Assembly (NCBI GenBank): GCA_016871575.1
Contig: VHCW01000001.1
Location: 35,731 to 99,730 of the forward strand
Reading direction: 5' to 3'
Origin: Verrucomicrobiota bacterium
Lineage (GTDB): Bacteria > Verrucomicrobiota > Verrucomicrobiia > Palsa-1439
Length of the DNA stretch: 64,000 nt
Shown one piece after another: positions 54,628-64,000 of the stretch. The notes under the pieces were generated by a model. It was given only the letters and a program-made list of their open reading frames with translations, was not told where the DNA came from and ran no database searches. Within the stretch, counting starts at the first letter, position 1; the number at the start of each line of letters is the position of its first letter. The translations under genes were made by a program, and so were the position numbers.

Positions 54628-54831
54628 CTACTTGGCCTTGGCGTAGCGCTTCTGGAAGCGTTCCACGCGGCCGGCGGTGTCCACGTACTTCTGGGTGCCG
54701 GTGAAAAAGGGATGGCATTTCGAACAGATGCCGATGCGCATATCCTTGTGGGTGGAGCGGGTCTTGAAGACCGCGCCGCACGCGCAGTGGATGACGGCAT
54801 CATCGTATTTGGGATGGATTTTTTCCTTCAT
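54628..54831 (-). CDS. rpmE: 50S ribosomal protein L31.
   Basis: MKEKIHPKY...CACG...[10 protein letters not shown]. Confidence 0.9.
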   Translation of the reverse strand: MKEKIHPKYDDAVIHCACGAVFKTRSTHKDMRIGICSKCHPFFTGTQKYVDTAGRVERFQKRYAKAK

Positions 54832-54882
54832 GGCTAAGGGTCGTGGAACGTAGCGAAAGGCTCCTGGTGTTGCAAGCGGAAT

Positions 54883-56124
54883 TTACAGGAACTTTTTGAC
54901 GATGATGGCGGCGTTATGGCCGCCGAACCCGAGCGAGTTGTTGAGGCAGACGTTCACTTTCGTCTGGCGCGCCTTGTTCGGGACGTAATCAAGGTCGCAC
55001 TCGGGGTCGGGTTCTTCGTAGTTGATGGTCGGCGGAACAATCTGGTCCCGAATGGCAAGCGCACAGGCGGCCGTCTCAACGGCGCCGGCGGCGCCGAGCA
55101 GGTGCCCGGTCATGGATTTGGTGGAACTCATGGCGAGCTTGCGGGCGTGGTCGCCAAACACAACCTTGACGGCAGCCGTCTCGCATTTGTCGCCGACGGT
55201 CGTGGAGGTGCCGTGGGCGTTGATGTAGTCAATCTCGTCGGGACGGAGTCGGGCATCCTGCAAGGCGGCCGCCATGGCGCGGGCGGCGCCTTCGCCTTCG
55301 GGGGCGGGGGCGCTCATGTGATAGGCGTCGCCGGTGATGCCGTATCCAGCAATCTCACAGTAGATGCGCGCGCCGCGGGCTTGGGCGTGTTCGAGCGATT
55401 CCAGAATGCAAACGCCGGCGCCTTCGCCCATGATGAAACCGTCGCGCCCCTTGTCAAAGGGACGGCTGGCGCGCTCAGGCTCCTGGTTGCGGGTGCTCAT
55501 GGCGCGCATGGAGCAGAACCCGGCGTACCCGACCCGGGTAATGGCGGCTTCGCTGCCGCCGGCGATCATGACTTCGGCGTCGCCGTGCTCGATGATGCGG
55601 GCGGCTTCGCCGATGGCGTGCGTGCCGGTGGCGCAGGCGGAGACGACGGACAGGTTCGGGCCTTTCACGCCGAGCAACATCGAGACATAGCCGCTGGCCA
55701 TGTTGACGATGAGCATCGGGATCATGAACGGGGAGACGCGCTGCGGGCCTTTCTCAAACAGGACGCGGGCCTGGTCCTCGATGGTTTCCATGCCGCCAAT
55801 GCCGGAGCCGACGAGGACGCCGATGCGGTTGACGTCTTCCTTCGCAAGGTCGAGACCGGAATCGGCAAACGCCTTCCGGGAGGCGCCGACGGCGTATTGG
55901 ACGAAGCGGTCGGTGCGGCGGATTTCCTTGACGGGCATGTGCAATTCCGGTTTGAAGTCCTTGACTTCGCCGCCGATCTTGGTGTCGAAATTGGCGGAGT
56001 CGAACCGGGTGACCGGGGCGATGCCGCTGCGGCCCTGCAACAGGTTTTGCCAGAATGTCTCCAACTCACACCCGACGGGTGTGATGACTCCCATGCCTGT
56101 GATGACGACTCGACGATGATTCAT
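54883..56124 (-). CDS. fabF: 3-oxoacyl-ACP synthase II.
   Basis: MNHRRVVITGMGVITPVG...; 413 aa; active-site Cys and His-His present. Confidence 0.9.
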   Translation of the reverse strand: MNHRRVVITGMGVITPVGCELETFWQNLLQGRSGIAPVTRFDSANFDTKIGGEVKDFKPELHMPVKEIRRTDRFVQYAVGASRKAFADSGLDLAKEDVNRIGVLVGSGIGGMETIEDQARVLFEKGPQRVSPFMIPMLIVNMASGYVSMLLGVKGPNLSVVSACATGTHAIGEAARIIEHGDAEVMIAGGSEAAITRVGYAGFCSMRAMSTRNQEPERASRPFDKGRDGFIMGEGAGVCILESLEHAQARGARIYCEIAGYGITGDAYHMSAPAPEGEGAARAMAAALQDARLRPDEIDYINAHGTSTTVGDKCETAAVKVVFGDHARKLAMSSTKSMTGHLLGAAGAVETAACALAIRDQIVPPTINYEEPDPECDLDYVPNKARQTKVNVCLNNSLGFGGHNAAIIVKKFL

Positions 56125-56211
56125 TGGCCCTCTTGCCGTTAGACAAGCGGGGCATAAAGCGCTGTGAGACCGGCTGCTTTATGCCCCGAACAGCTTCATT
56201 GCGGACCGGGA

Positions 56212-56457
56212 CTACTTCTCGCCTCGTTCCTCAATGTACTTGATGACATCGCCGACGGTCTGCAACTTCTCGGCGTCCTCATCGGGAATCTCTGCGCCAA
56301 ATTCCTCCTCAAACGCCATGACCAGCTCGACGGTGTCCAACGAGTCGGCGCCGAGGTCCTCGATGAACTTCGCTTCGGGGGTGACTTGGTCCGGGTTGAC
56401 GCCGAGCTGCTCGACAATGATTTCTTTTACGCGATCCTGCACTGGTTTTTCTGCCAT
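56212..56457 (-). CDS. acpP: Acyl carrier protein.
   Basis: ..[15 protein letters not shown]..; an AAGGAG ribosome-binding site lies upstream. Confidence 0.92.
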   Translation of the reverse strand: MAEKPVQDRVKEIIVEQLGVNPDQVTPEAKFIEDLGADSLDTVELVMAFEEEFGAEIPDEDAEKLQTVGDVIKYIEERGEK

Positions 56458-56530
56458 GTGGATTTCTCCTTGTTGTGTAAACGGTTTTGTTCTTTATGCG
56501 GAACTGGTGTTCTTGTCAAAGGTTTCTTGC

Positions 56531-57277
56531 CTAAATCCTCAGGCCGCCGTCCACGCCGATCACTTGGCCGGTGACGTAGCTGGACAGGTCGCTGGCCAGA
56601 AACAGCACCGCGTTGGCGACATCGTCGGGCTGTCCCATCCGGGCAAGGCCGATGACGTCGGTCTGCATCTTCTTCTGTTCTTCGGTCAACTGGTCGGTCA
56701 TCGCCGTCTGGATGAAACCGGGCGCGATGGCGTTGGCGCGGACGCCGCGCTTGGCGTATTCCTTGGCGACCGTCTTGGTCAAGCCAATCATGCCGGCCTT
56801 GGAGGCGGAATAGTTGGCCTGCCCGGCGTTGCCGAGGACGCCGACGATCGAGGCGATGTTCACAATGGCAGCGCCTTGCTGTTTCATCATGGACGGAAGC
56901 AGTCCCTTCGTGAACAGGAACGCGCCTTTCAGATTCACATCCAGCACCAGGTCCCAATCCGCCTCGCTCATCCGCAACAGCAGCCCATCGCGCGTGATGC
57001 CGGCGTTGTTGACGAGGATGTCAACGCGGCCGAATTCCGCCACGATCTTCTTGCACGTGTCGGCAACCTGGGCGCCGTCGGTGACATTGACGGCATACGC
57101 GTGCGCCTTGACGCCGAGCGCAACCAGACCGTCGGCCACCCTCTGGGCGTTCTCCAGCATCACGTCGCAAACCGCAATGGACGCGCCTTCGCCGGCGAGC
57201 CGCCGTGCGATGGCTTCGCCGATGCCGCGTCCGCCGCCGGTGACGACGGCGACCTTGTTCTCCAAGAGTTTCTGCAT
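56531..57277 (-). CDS. fabG: 3-oxoacyl-ACP reductase.
   Basis: VAVVTGGGRGIGEAIA...NAG...YSASKAG. Start placed at MQKLLENK. Confidence 0.9.
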   Translation of the reverse strand: MQKLLENKVAVVTGGGRGIGEAIARRLAGEGASIAVCDVMLENAQRVADGLVALGVKAHAYAVNVTDGAQVADTCKKIVAEFGRVDILVNNAGITRDGLLLRMSEADWDLVLDVNLKGAFLFTKGLLPSMMKQQGAAIVNIASIVGVLGNAGQANYSASKAGMIGLTKTVAKEYAKRGVRANAIAPGFIQTAMTDQLTEEQKKMQTDVIGLARMGQPDDVANAVLFLASDLSSYVTGQVIGVDGGLRI

Positions 57278-57426
57278 GGCGGTTTCTGTAGCGAGGCGGC
57301 TATTGGCTGTCAACACCAATATGCAAAATGAACAACTTCTGTGTTTCCATTGAATTGGACTTGCGGCGGCGCGGCGGCTGTCGTACAACACGCCGCATCA
57401 CGCAACTACGAAAGGAACCTCATATT

Positions 57427-58779
57427 ATGATCACAGTCGGCATGGATCGTCGTCAATTCTTGAAGAGCGCCGGGCTGGCCGCCGCCGGCGTGGCGCTGGC
57501 CCAGGCTCCCGCATTCGGCGAGCGCATTCAATCCCGGCGGAAACGGTTTTGTCCGCCCGACCGCAAATTGCGGATCGCGGCCATCGGCTGCGGCGGCAAG
57601 GGCACCAGCGACATTGACAATTCCACCAGCGAAGAAATCGTCGCGCTGTGCGACGTGGATTGGGACCGCGCCAAGAAAACCTTCGAGAAACACCCCGATG
57701 TGCCGAAGTTCAAGGATTACCGCAAGATGTTGCGCGAGATGGGCGACAAGATTGATGCGGTGACGATTTCGACGCCCGACCACATGCATTACCCGCAGGC
57801 GATGCTGGCGATGGAAATGGGCAAACACGTTTATGTGCAGAAGCCGATGGCGCACACCGTGTGGGAATGCCGGAGGATGGCCGAAGCCGCCCGCCAATAC
57901 GGCGTCGTTACCCAGATGGGCAATCAGGGTCACGCCGGCGAAGGCATCCGCCTGGTGAAGGAATGGATTCAAGCCGGCGCGATCGGCAAGGTGCGCGAAG
58001 TCCACATCTGGACGAACCGCCCCATCTGGCCGCAAAACATTCAACGCCCCGCCACCGATGAACCGGTTCCGGAAACGTTGGACTGGAACCTCTGGCTCGG
58101 CGTCGCTCCCCAGCGTCCCTACAATGGTTGCTACGTGCCGTTCAAATGGCGCGGCTGGTGGGATTTCGGCTGCGGCGCGATTGGTGACATGGCCTGCCAC
58201 ACGATGGACGCGTCGTTCTGGGGATTGGATTTGACGGCGCCCCTCAGCGTCGAGGCCGAGGTGGACGGCGGCAACGAAGAGACTGCCCCTGCCGGCTCGA
58301 TCATCACCTTCCAGTTTGGCGCGCGCGGCAACATGCCGCCGGTGACAATGAAATGGTACGACGGAACCAAATCGCCGGCGCCGCGCCCGAAAGAGTTGGA
58401 AGCGGACCGCAAGATGTCCAAGTCAGGCCAGCTCATCATCGGTGAGAAAGGGACGATCATGGACACGACCGATTACTGCAACAGTCCGCGCCTGATTCCC
58501 GAGTCGCGGATGAAAGATTTCCAACGTCCCCCCAAGACAATTCCCCGCGTCCCCGGCGCCTGCCCGCACAAGGAATGGATCGCGGCCTGCAAAGGCGGCC
58601 CGATGTGCGGCTCGAACTTCAATTACGCCGCGCTGCTGACGGAGACGTCGTTGCTCGGCAACGTCGCGGTCCGTTGCGGCAAGAAGTTTTTCTGGGACGG
58701 CATGAACCGCTGGAACATCAGCATCGCCGGGCAGCCGGAGATCACGAAGTATCTGCGGAAGACATACCGGAAATTCTGA
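57427..58779 (+). CDS. Gfo/Idh/MocA family oxidoreductase with a TAT signal peptide.
   Basis: MDRRQFLKSAGLAAAGVALA... then LRIAAIGCGGKGTSD. An AAGGAA ribosome-binding site lies upstream of the ATG at 57427. Confidence 0.85.
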   Translation: MITVGMDRRQFLKSAGLAAAGVALAQAPAFGERIQSRRKRFCPPDRKLRIAAIGCGGKGTSDIDNSTSEEIVALCDVDWDRAKKTFEKHPDVPKFKDYRKMLREMGDKIDAVTISTPDHMHYPQAMLAMEMGKHVYVQKPMAHTVWECRRMAEAARQYGVVTQMGNQGHAGEGIRLVKEWIQAGAIGKVREVHIWTNRPIWPQNIQRPATDEPVPETLDWNLWLGVAPQRPYNGCYVPFKWRGWWDFGCGAIGDMACHTMDASFWGLDLTAPLSVEAEVDGGNEETAPAGSIITFQFGARGNMPPVTMKWYDGTKSPAPRPKELEADRKMSKSGQLIIGEKGTIMDTTDYCNSPRLIPESRMKDFQRPPKTIPRVPGACPHKEWIAACKGGPMCGSNFNYAALLTETSLLGNVAVRCGKKFFWDGMNRWNISIAGQPEITKYLRKTYRKF

Positions 58780-58929
58780 CACCCCCCGCAAAGAAATAGC
58801 TGTATGCCGGGCGGCTGATGCGGCTACACGGCAGCGCGTGCGCACCAGCAAGTCTCTCAGACTTGAAGTGATGGATTGACATCCGTCGTCAAAGTCTGCA
58901 TGTTGCGCCTGCTTTAGAAACTGAAGCTC

Positions 58930-60210
58930 ATGATGGCATCAGAAGTCAAACCCTCAGGAAGGGTGGCAGAACAGAAGGCCGCCACAGTGCACCTGACACG
59001 TCGCGTGTTGGTGTTGCTGTGGTTTTTGGCTGTTGTGCCGTGGGTGCTGGTCGGGATGTTGTGGGTTCAATCGCGCCCGGCAACTCCGAAGAAGAACGGG
59101 ACCAACGGCTATTATGGGAGCAACATCAAGCTGACAGGCCGCTGCCAGCCGGGTCCGTGGGGCGATTTGGACTACACCCGCATCATCCTGGAACCACCCG
59201 ATGAGTATATGGACCTGAGCGAAACGGTTGCCGCGGAATCCCGGTGGTTTTTCAAGGGCCAATCACGCCCCAACGTGGAACAATACCTGGAAAGCATCGG
59301 CATGACAGCCCAACAGCGCGCCGATGGACTCTGGGAGCAATCAGTGCAAGGCGTTGTTTTCAAGCCGTCACCGGCGGTTGTCTTCGGGCTGACCCCGGAA
59401 GCGCGCGCCCGGCTCTATGGGTACTTGGCGGAATGTGAAGAGAATTTTGCGCAGGCCAATGCGTACCGGTTCCACAGCGACAAGGTGGACGAATGGTTTG
59501 GAGCGACCGATCTGCGCCCCGAAACGGTGCGGCTGGTGCGCCACTATTTGTACCGCCAAGGCACGTCGCTGGCGTTTGCCGACCGGAACATGGTGTTTCC
59601 GAAGTTGCCGGATGATGAGGAGCGGAGACGTCTATTGAAAGTGTTGTCGCGCCGGGCAGCGTTGCGCGTGCGATTGAGTGTGACACGGGACTCTGATATC
59701 ACTGCATTGACTTCGTACTGGAGCATCGGGGGACGCTCCAAGGATATCGAGCCGATGCTGGAATCGTTGGCGCGCTTGCCCGGAGGCACCAGCATTGACA
59801 TCGCGCACCTGTTGCCGCGGTTTGTGCGGATCCACCTTTACACCTATCCGAACCCCGTGATGGTTCCGGTCGCCGCGCCCTTGAACTGCCACTGGAGTTC
59901 GCTCAATTTTTTCCGATCAACGTTCGACGACAGCTTTGCAACAGTCGAGGGAGCGACCAAGGGGTTTCTGGAAAACTATTACGAAATCGTCGGGACGCCA
60001 CGGCTGGGCGACATCCTGCTGTTCACGCTGCCTTCCGGCGGCTCCATCCATTCGTGTGTTTATGTCGCCGATGACATCGTGTTCACCAAGAACGGCATCT
60101 CCCTCAGCGCGCCGTGGATTCTCATGTCGTTGGAAGACGTGAAAGCCTACTACACCTCCAGCACCGACCTGAAAATTCGCGTCCTGCGCCCCAAGGAGCG
60201 ATTGGGCTGA
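58930..60210 (+). CDS. Hypothetical membrane-anchored protein. A C-terminal Cys/His-containing segment may be a permuted papain-like fold, but this is weak.
   Basis: One N-terminal transmembrane helix. C-terminal ..LFTLPSGGSIHSCVYVADDIVF.. Confidence 0.4.
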   Translation: MMASEVKPSGRVAEQKAATVHLTRRVLVLLWFLAVVPWVLVGMLWVQSRPATPKKNGTNGYYGSNIKLTGRCQPGPWGDLDYTRIILEPPDEYMDLSETVAAESRWFFKGQSRPNVEQYLESIGMTAQQRADGLWEQSVQGVVFKPSPAVVFGLTPEARARLYGYLAECEENFAQANAYRFHSDKVDEWFGATDLRPETVRLVRHYLYRQGTSLAFADRNMVFPKLPDDEERRRLLKVLSRRAALRVRLSVTRDSDITALTSYWSIGGRSKDIEPMLESLARLPGGTSIDIAHLLPRFVRIHLYTYPNPVMVPVAAPLNCHWSSLNFFRSTFDDSFATVEGATKGFLENYYEIVGTPRLGDILLFTLPSGGSIHSCVYVADDIVFTKNGISLSAPWILMSLEDVKAYYTSSTDLKIRVLRPKERLG

Positions 60211-60262
60211 AATTGCCTTTTTGTCATTGCCCGACCGCGCGCCGCCACTCTACAGTGCGGCC

Positions 60263-61591
60263 ATGAAAGTCAACAAGACAGTTTCCTTCCTGGCTGGTGC
60301 ATTTCTTGCGGCATCCGTTCACGCCCAGGGAAACCAGGCAGTCTTGGATTTGCTCCTGCGCAAGGGATTGATCACGTCTCAGGACGTGCAGGAAGTCAAA
60401 GCCAAGCTGGACGAAGACTTGGCGCGCAGCATCGAAGAACATAACAAGATCAAAACCGGTTCCTGGGTTGACCGCATGACCTTCTACGGCGACCTCCGAT
60501 TGCGTGTGGATAACATCTCCTACGAGGAAAGCCTTCAGAAAAGCGACCGCCTCCGGTTCCGCGTCCGCCTGCGGCTGGGCGTGGACTGGAAACTCACCGA
60601 CTGGGCCACCGTCGGCGCCCGTCTCGGTTCCGGCGAAGGCTATCCCGGCGCAAACTTCCAGACGTTCACCGACACCTTCCGCAAGAAACCGATCCACATT
60701 GACGCCGCCTACGTCACCCTCCAACTGCCAGACCACGACTGGATCCGCGTGACGGCCGGCAAAATGAACAATCCGATCTGGCAGCCGCAATTTAATTCGC
60801 CGATGGTCTATGACATTGATGTCACCCCGGAAGGTGTTGGCGAACAGCTTTCCCTGACATTCGGCGACAACAAGCAACATCGTCTCTTTGCCAATTTCGG
60901 ACAGTTTGCCGTCAAGGAGTTTGCCTCCGACTCCGACGACATTTACATCTTCGACCTCGAAGCGGGCGCCGAATTGAAAACGTCCCGCCTCAAACTCACC
61001 GCCGCCGGCGGCTACCTCTTTACCCACAACCTCGCCAATACCAACTACAAGGTCGGCGACTCATTCACCCTTGGCAACGCCACCGTCGTCAGCGCCCCCG
61101 GCGTCACCAACTACTTCGCTGACTTCCACGTCGCTTACGCCCGCGCCGAAGCCGCGTGGACGCTTGCGGACAAGCCGTTTCTCGGCACCCCGGTCATGCT
61201 GACCCTTGGCGGCGAATATCTCAAGAACCTCGCAAGCGCCTACAAGAACGTTCCCGATTCACCGGATCAAACCGACGGTTGGAGCGTTCAACTCGCCTTC
61301 GGACAGGCCAAGAAAAAAGGCCAATGGCAGGTTGCTTACCAGTACAAACACCTCGAAGCCGATGCCACGTGGGATGCGATTGCGGATTCCGAGTGCGGCT
61401 GCGGCGGCACCGACCGCAAAGGCCATGTTATTCGCGCCACCTACAATCTGCAGGACTGGTGGCAGGTCGTATTTACCTCGTTCATCGTCGAGAAAATCAG
61501 CAACCGCCCCAACGCCAACTCCCACAACCAACAGGGCATTCCCGGCGAAAATATGCTGCGCCTCGCGCTCGACACACAGTTCAAATTCTGA
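60263..61591 (+). CDS. Putative outer-membrane beta-barrel porin-like protein with a signal peptide.
   Basis: MKVNKTVSFLAGAFLAASVHAQG signal. Alternating amphipathic beta strands and a C-terminal aromatic residue (..QFKF). Confidence 0.5.
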   Translation: MKVNKTVSFLAGAFLAASVHAQGNQAVLDLLLRKGLITSQDVQEVKAKLDEDLARSIEEHNKIKTGSWVDRMTFYGDLRLRVDNISYEESLQKSDRLRFRVRLRLGVDWKLTDWATVGARLGSGEGYPGANFQTFTDTFRKKPIHIDAAYVTLQLPDHDWIRVTAGKMNNPIWQPQFNSPMVYDIDVTPEGVGEQLSLTFGDNKQHRLFANFGQFAVKEFASDSDDIYIFDLEAGAELKTSRLKLTAAGGYLFTHNLANTNYKVGDSFTLGNATVVSAPGVTNYFADFHVAYARAEAAWTLADKPFLGTPVMLTLGGEYLKNLASAYKNVPDSPDQTDGWSVQLAFGQAKKKGQWQVAYQYKHLEADATWDAIADSECGCGGTDRKGHVIRATYNLQDWWQVVFTSFIVEKISNRPNANSHNQQGIPGENMLRLALDTQFKF

Positions 61592-62429
61592 GCGCCACAT
61601 CCACGACCACCGCCGCCAAAAAAACGACGCTGATGATCGCATTCATCCGGAAAAACGCCGCATTCAAACTTACCGCGTCCTGTTTCCGCGCCAACACGTG
61701 TTGTGCCGCCAAACACACTGCGATAATTGCCAACCCGGCGTAATACACCCATCCCAATCCTGCCACCCAACCAAACCCCGCCAGCGTCAATGCCATCACG
61801 GCATGCGCCCATCGTGCAAACCGCAGGCTCTCCGCGATTCCCAACCGCACCGGCAATGAGCGCAGTCCCAGCGCCTTGTCCGCTTCATAATCCTGCGTCG
61901 CGTATATGATGTCGAACCCGACCAGCCAGAACACCACTGCCAAGCCCAACACCACCGGCGGCCAATCGAAGTGACCGGTGACCGCCAGCCAAGCTCCCAC
62001 CGGCGCGACTGCCAGCGCCAATCCTAAAAAGAAATGCGAGAAATCCGTGAACCGTTTCGTCAGCGAGTAAAAGAAAACAATCACCAACGCCACTGGCGAC
62101 AACACAAAACAAATCCGATTGATGAAGTAGCAAACAGCTACAAACAACGCTCCACTACTCCACACCAAAACCCACCCCTCCAATTTGCTGATTTTCCCCG
62201 CCGGCAAATGTCGTCCCGCCGTCCGCGGATTCAGCGCGTCGAACTTCCGGTCCACGATCCGGTTGAATCCCATCGCCGCCGTCCGCGCGCAAACCATCGC
62301 CGCCAAAATCAACAGAAACAATCGCCACCCCGGCCACCCCCGCGCCGCCACGACCATGCTCGCCAAAGCAAACGGCAGCGCGAACACCGTGTGAGAGAAC
62401 CGGACGAACTCCAAATACTTTCGAATCAC
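61581..62429 (-). CDS. UbiA family prenyltransferase (4-hydroxybenzoate polyprenyltransferase/MqnP-like).
   Basis: NRIVDRKFD Asp-rich motif and multiple transmembrane helices. Confidence 0.8.
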   Translation of the reverse strand: MIRKYLEFVRFSHTVFALPFALASMVVAARGWPGWRLFLLILAAMVCARTAAMGFNRIVDRKFDALNPRTAGRHLPAGKISKLEGWVLVWSSGALFVAVCYFINRICFVLSPVALVIVFFYSLTKRFTDFSHFFLGLALAVAPVGAWLAVTGHFDWPPVVLGLAVVFWLVGFDIIYATQDYEADKALGLRSLPVRLGIAESLRFARWAHAVMALTLAGFGWVAGLGWVYYAGLAIIAVCLAAQHVLARKQDAVSLNAAFFRMNAIISVVFLAAVVVDVALRI

Positions 62430-63115
62430 AACAACCCAATCTCCCGAAGGCTCACATAATCGCAGTCCCGCCCTTCGGTGCGACGGCCCAAAATAATGTG
62501 GTCGTGGACGTTGATGCCGAGTAACTCGCCGGCTTTGACGAGGCGTTTGGTGATGGCGATGTCTTCGCTGCTCGGCGTCGGGTCGCCGCTGGGATGGTTG
62601 TGCGCAAGGATCACGCCGGCGGCGGAAGCAGTGATGGCGTCCTTGAAGACCTCGCGCGGCTCGACAATGCTCGCGTTGAGCGAGCCGAGCGACACGGCGC
62701 AGGTCTTGATAAAAGCATTCTTGGTGTTGAGGAGAATGACGCGGAACGATTCGCGGTCGAGCAGCCGCATTTCCTCGCGCACCAGTTCCGCTGCGTCGGC
62801 GGGCGTCGTGATGATCGGCTGGCGTTCGTGGGCGCGCGCGCGGAGATGACGCGCCAGCATGAATGCGGCCTTCAGTTGAATGGCTTTGGTCTTGCCGACG
62901 CCTTTGATCTTCGCGATTTCTTCCAGCGGCGCGCGCGCCAGCCCGTCCAGTGTGCGGAACGTCTTGATGAGTTCCTGCGCGACCTGTACCGCCGACATTC
63001 CCTTCGTGCCGGTGCGCAGCAGAATCGCAAGCAACTCCGCGTCACCCAGCATCTCGGCACCGAGTCGTGCGAGTCGTTCGCGCGGACGGTCGTCTGCCGG
63101 CATGTCGCGGATCAT
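62426..63115 (-). CDS. radC: DNA repair protein RadC (JAMM/MPN+ family).
   Basis: ..HNHPSGDPTPSSEDIAITKRL..; HhH-like N-terminal part. Start at MIRDMPADD. Confidence 0.85.
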   Translation of the reverse strand: MIRDMPADDRPRERLARLGAEMLGDAELLAILLRTGTKGMSAVQVAQELIKTFRTLDGLARAPLEEIAKIKGVGKTKAIQLKAAFMLARHLRARAHERQPIITTPADAAELVREEMRLLDRESFRVILLNTKNAFIKTCAVSLGSLNASIVEPREVFKDAITASAAGVILAHNHPSGDPTPSSEDIAITKRLVKAGELLGINVHDHIILGRRTEGRDCDYVSLREIGLL

Positions 63116-63374
63116 GTAACGAAATTCCGGCCGAGCCTCGCCGATTTGTGAGCGTGGACTGTCGCTATTCATTTTTATTGTGTCGCCTTCGTTCCGTATC
63201 CTTAACTACGCTAGGCGCACGCCGTGAGCCTGCCCGCGTTCGCAGGCCGCACCTTCGAAGAAAATTCAGTAGGCTCATCACTCAATAACGATGACCGACC
63301 AGTTCCGGAGTGTCGAGCAAATATTTTTCCGTGATTGCATACGGACTCGTTGATTTGATAATCTTTCGGATGAA

Positions 63375-63680
63375 ATGAATCCTTTACATCCACAGTCAGA
63401 GCGAAAGCCGTTCTTCGATTTCAAAGTCGAGGATATTTTCTGGATCAGCGGACATGGCGCTGTTGTCACCGGGACGGTCATCAAGGGAGCAGTCAGGGCG
63501 GGGGCGGCAGCTTTCCTCAAGAAAGCGAATGGCGAAACGAAACCCATAAGAATTACTGGAATTGAGGGATTCCGGAAAATCCTCAAGGAGGCGCTAATGG
63601 GAGAGAATGTTGGGCTGACGATTGCTGATTTGGATAAGGACGATTTCGATATCGGAGATGTTATCACATTTGAATCGTGA
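63375..63680 (+). CDS. Small protein resembling EF-Tu domain 2 (translation-factor beta-barrel), in a lower-GC region.
   Basis: ..FKVEDIFWISGHGAVVTGTVIKGAVRAG....ITGIE.FRKILKEALMGENVGLTI.. has the same pattern as EF-Tu domain II (..[22 protein letters not shown]....GVEMFRK.LDEG.AGDNVG..). Confidence 0.45.
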   Translation: MNPLHPQSERKPFFDFKVEDIFWISGHGAVVTGTVIKGAVRAGAAAFLKKANGETKPIRITGIEGFRKILKEALMGENVGLTIADLDKDDFDIGDVITFES

Positions 63681-64000
63681 GTAGAACCGGCGAACTTTGC
63701 GATTATCTTCCCCCGGAGTGTGTTCCGCTGATTGACAAGTGGATTGGGGATTATGGCGTGGAATGTTTGATCGTCTCGACGCGAAAAACTAAACGGGGTG
63801 ATTGCAGACACAACCGTCGTACCGGCCAAGTGATTATCACGCTGAATGCCGACAACAACAAGTACCGTTTTCTTCTTACGCTGATCCACGAACTAGCACA
63901 CGCAAGAGTATTTCGTGAATCCGGTTTTGCAGGCAAGCCGCACGGCACTCCGTGGAAAAACGTTTTGCGACAGATGGTTTTTGAGGTGAAAGCACTCGGT
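63676..64000 (+). CDS. SprT-like zinc metallopeptidase domain protein. Partial: it runs off the window end. Its GTG start overlaps the stop of the upstream mini-ORF (GTGA).
   Basis: ..GQVIITLNADNNKYRFLLTLIHELAHARVF.. (HExxH). Confidence 0.45.

Noticed and set aside
1-64000. Scan for CRISPR arrays, rRNA genes and additional tRNAs.
   Set aside because: No regularly spaced direct repeats were seen beyond the short tandem repeats reported, and no rRNA-like conserved stretches. Only one cloverleaf, tRNA-Ala, was convincingly foldable by hand. A tRNAscan or Infernal run could still reveal others.

Overview
This is a 64-kb, high-GC (roughly 60-65%) bacterial chromosomal segment that mixes housekeeping genes with accessory material. 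Gene content suggests a member of the Planctomycetes-Verrucomicrobia-Chlamydiae (PVC) superphylum, but that is inference only. The supporting genes are four Gfo/Idh/MocA oxidoreductase paralogs with twin-arginine signal peptides, a sulfatase, a Ser/Thr kinase fused to a formylglycine-generating-enzyme (FGE) sulfatase domain, a PQQ-type beta-propeller protein and an F5/8 type C (discoidin) domain protein. Housekeeping genes: a fused homocysteine S-methyltransferase/methylenetetrahydrofolate reductase (MTHFR), a HIT-family hydrolase, an AddA/AddB-like helicase-nuclease pair, an LptF/G permease, a cold-shock protein, leuA preceded by a textbook leucine leader peptide and attenuator, tRNA-Ala(CGC), moeB-rhodanese, lpxA, prfA, rpmE, fabF-acpP-fabG, a UbiA prenyltransferase and radC. 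Accessory and unusual material: (1) the left edge carries the 5' end of an integron-integrase-like tyrosine recombinase, followed by a low-GC ORF; (2) next comes a tight operon of a PaaK/F390-synthetase-like adenylating enzyme plus two radical-SAM enzymes, with no recognisable precursor; (3) a hybrid PAS sensor kinase is frameshifted by a perfect 13-bp tandem duplication; (4) a DinG/XPD helicase carries an N-terminal nuclease-like domain; (5) a ~1.6-kb low-GC islet encodes an orphan secreted protein and is flanked by simple tandem repeats; (6) one Gfo/Idh/MocA paralog has a signal peptide joined directly to its C-terminal domain; (7) a 21-bp-arm palindrome sits between two genes; (8) a five-gene operon encodes a MotA/ExbB-like protein with a long coiled-coil tail, two ExbD-like proteins, a membrane protein and a HEAT-repeat protein; (9) the low-GC right edge carries an EF-Tu-domain-2-like mini-ORF coupled to a partial SprT-like metallopeptidase. 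Many long antisense shadow ORFs in the six-frame track are artefacts of the high GC content. No CRISPR array or rRNA gene was seen.
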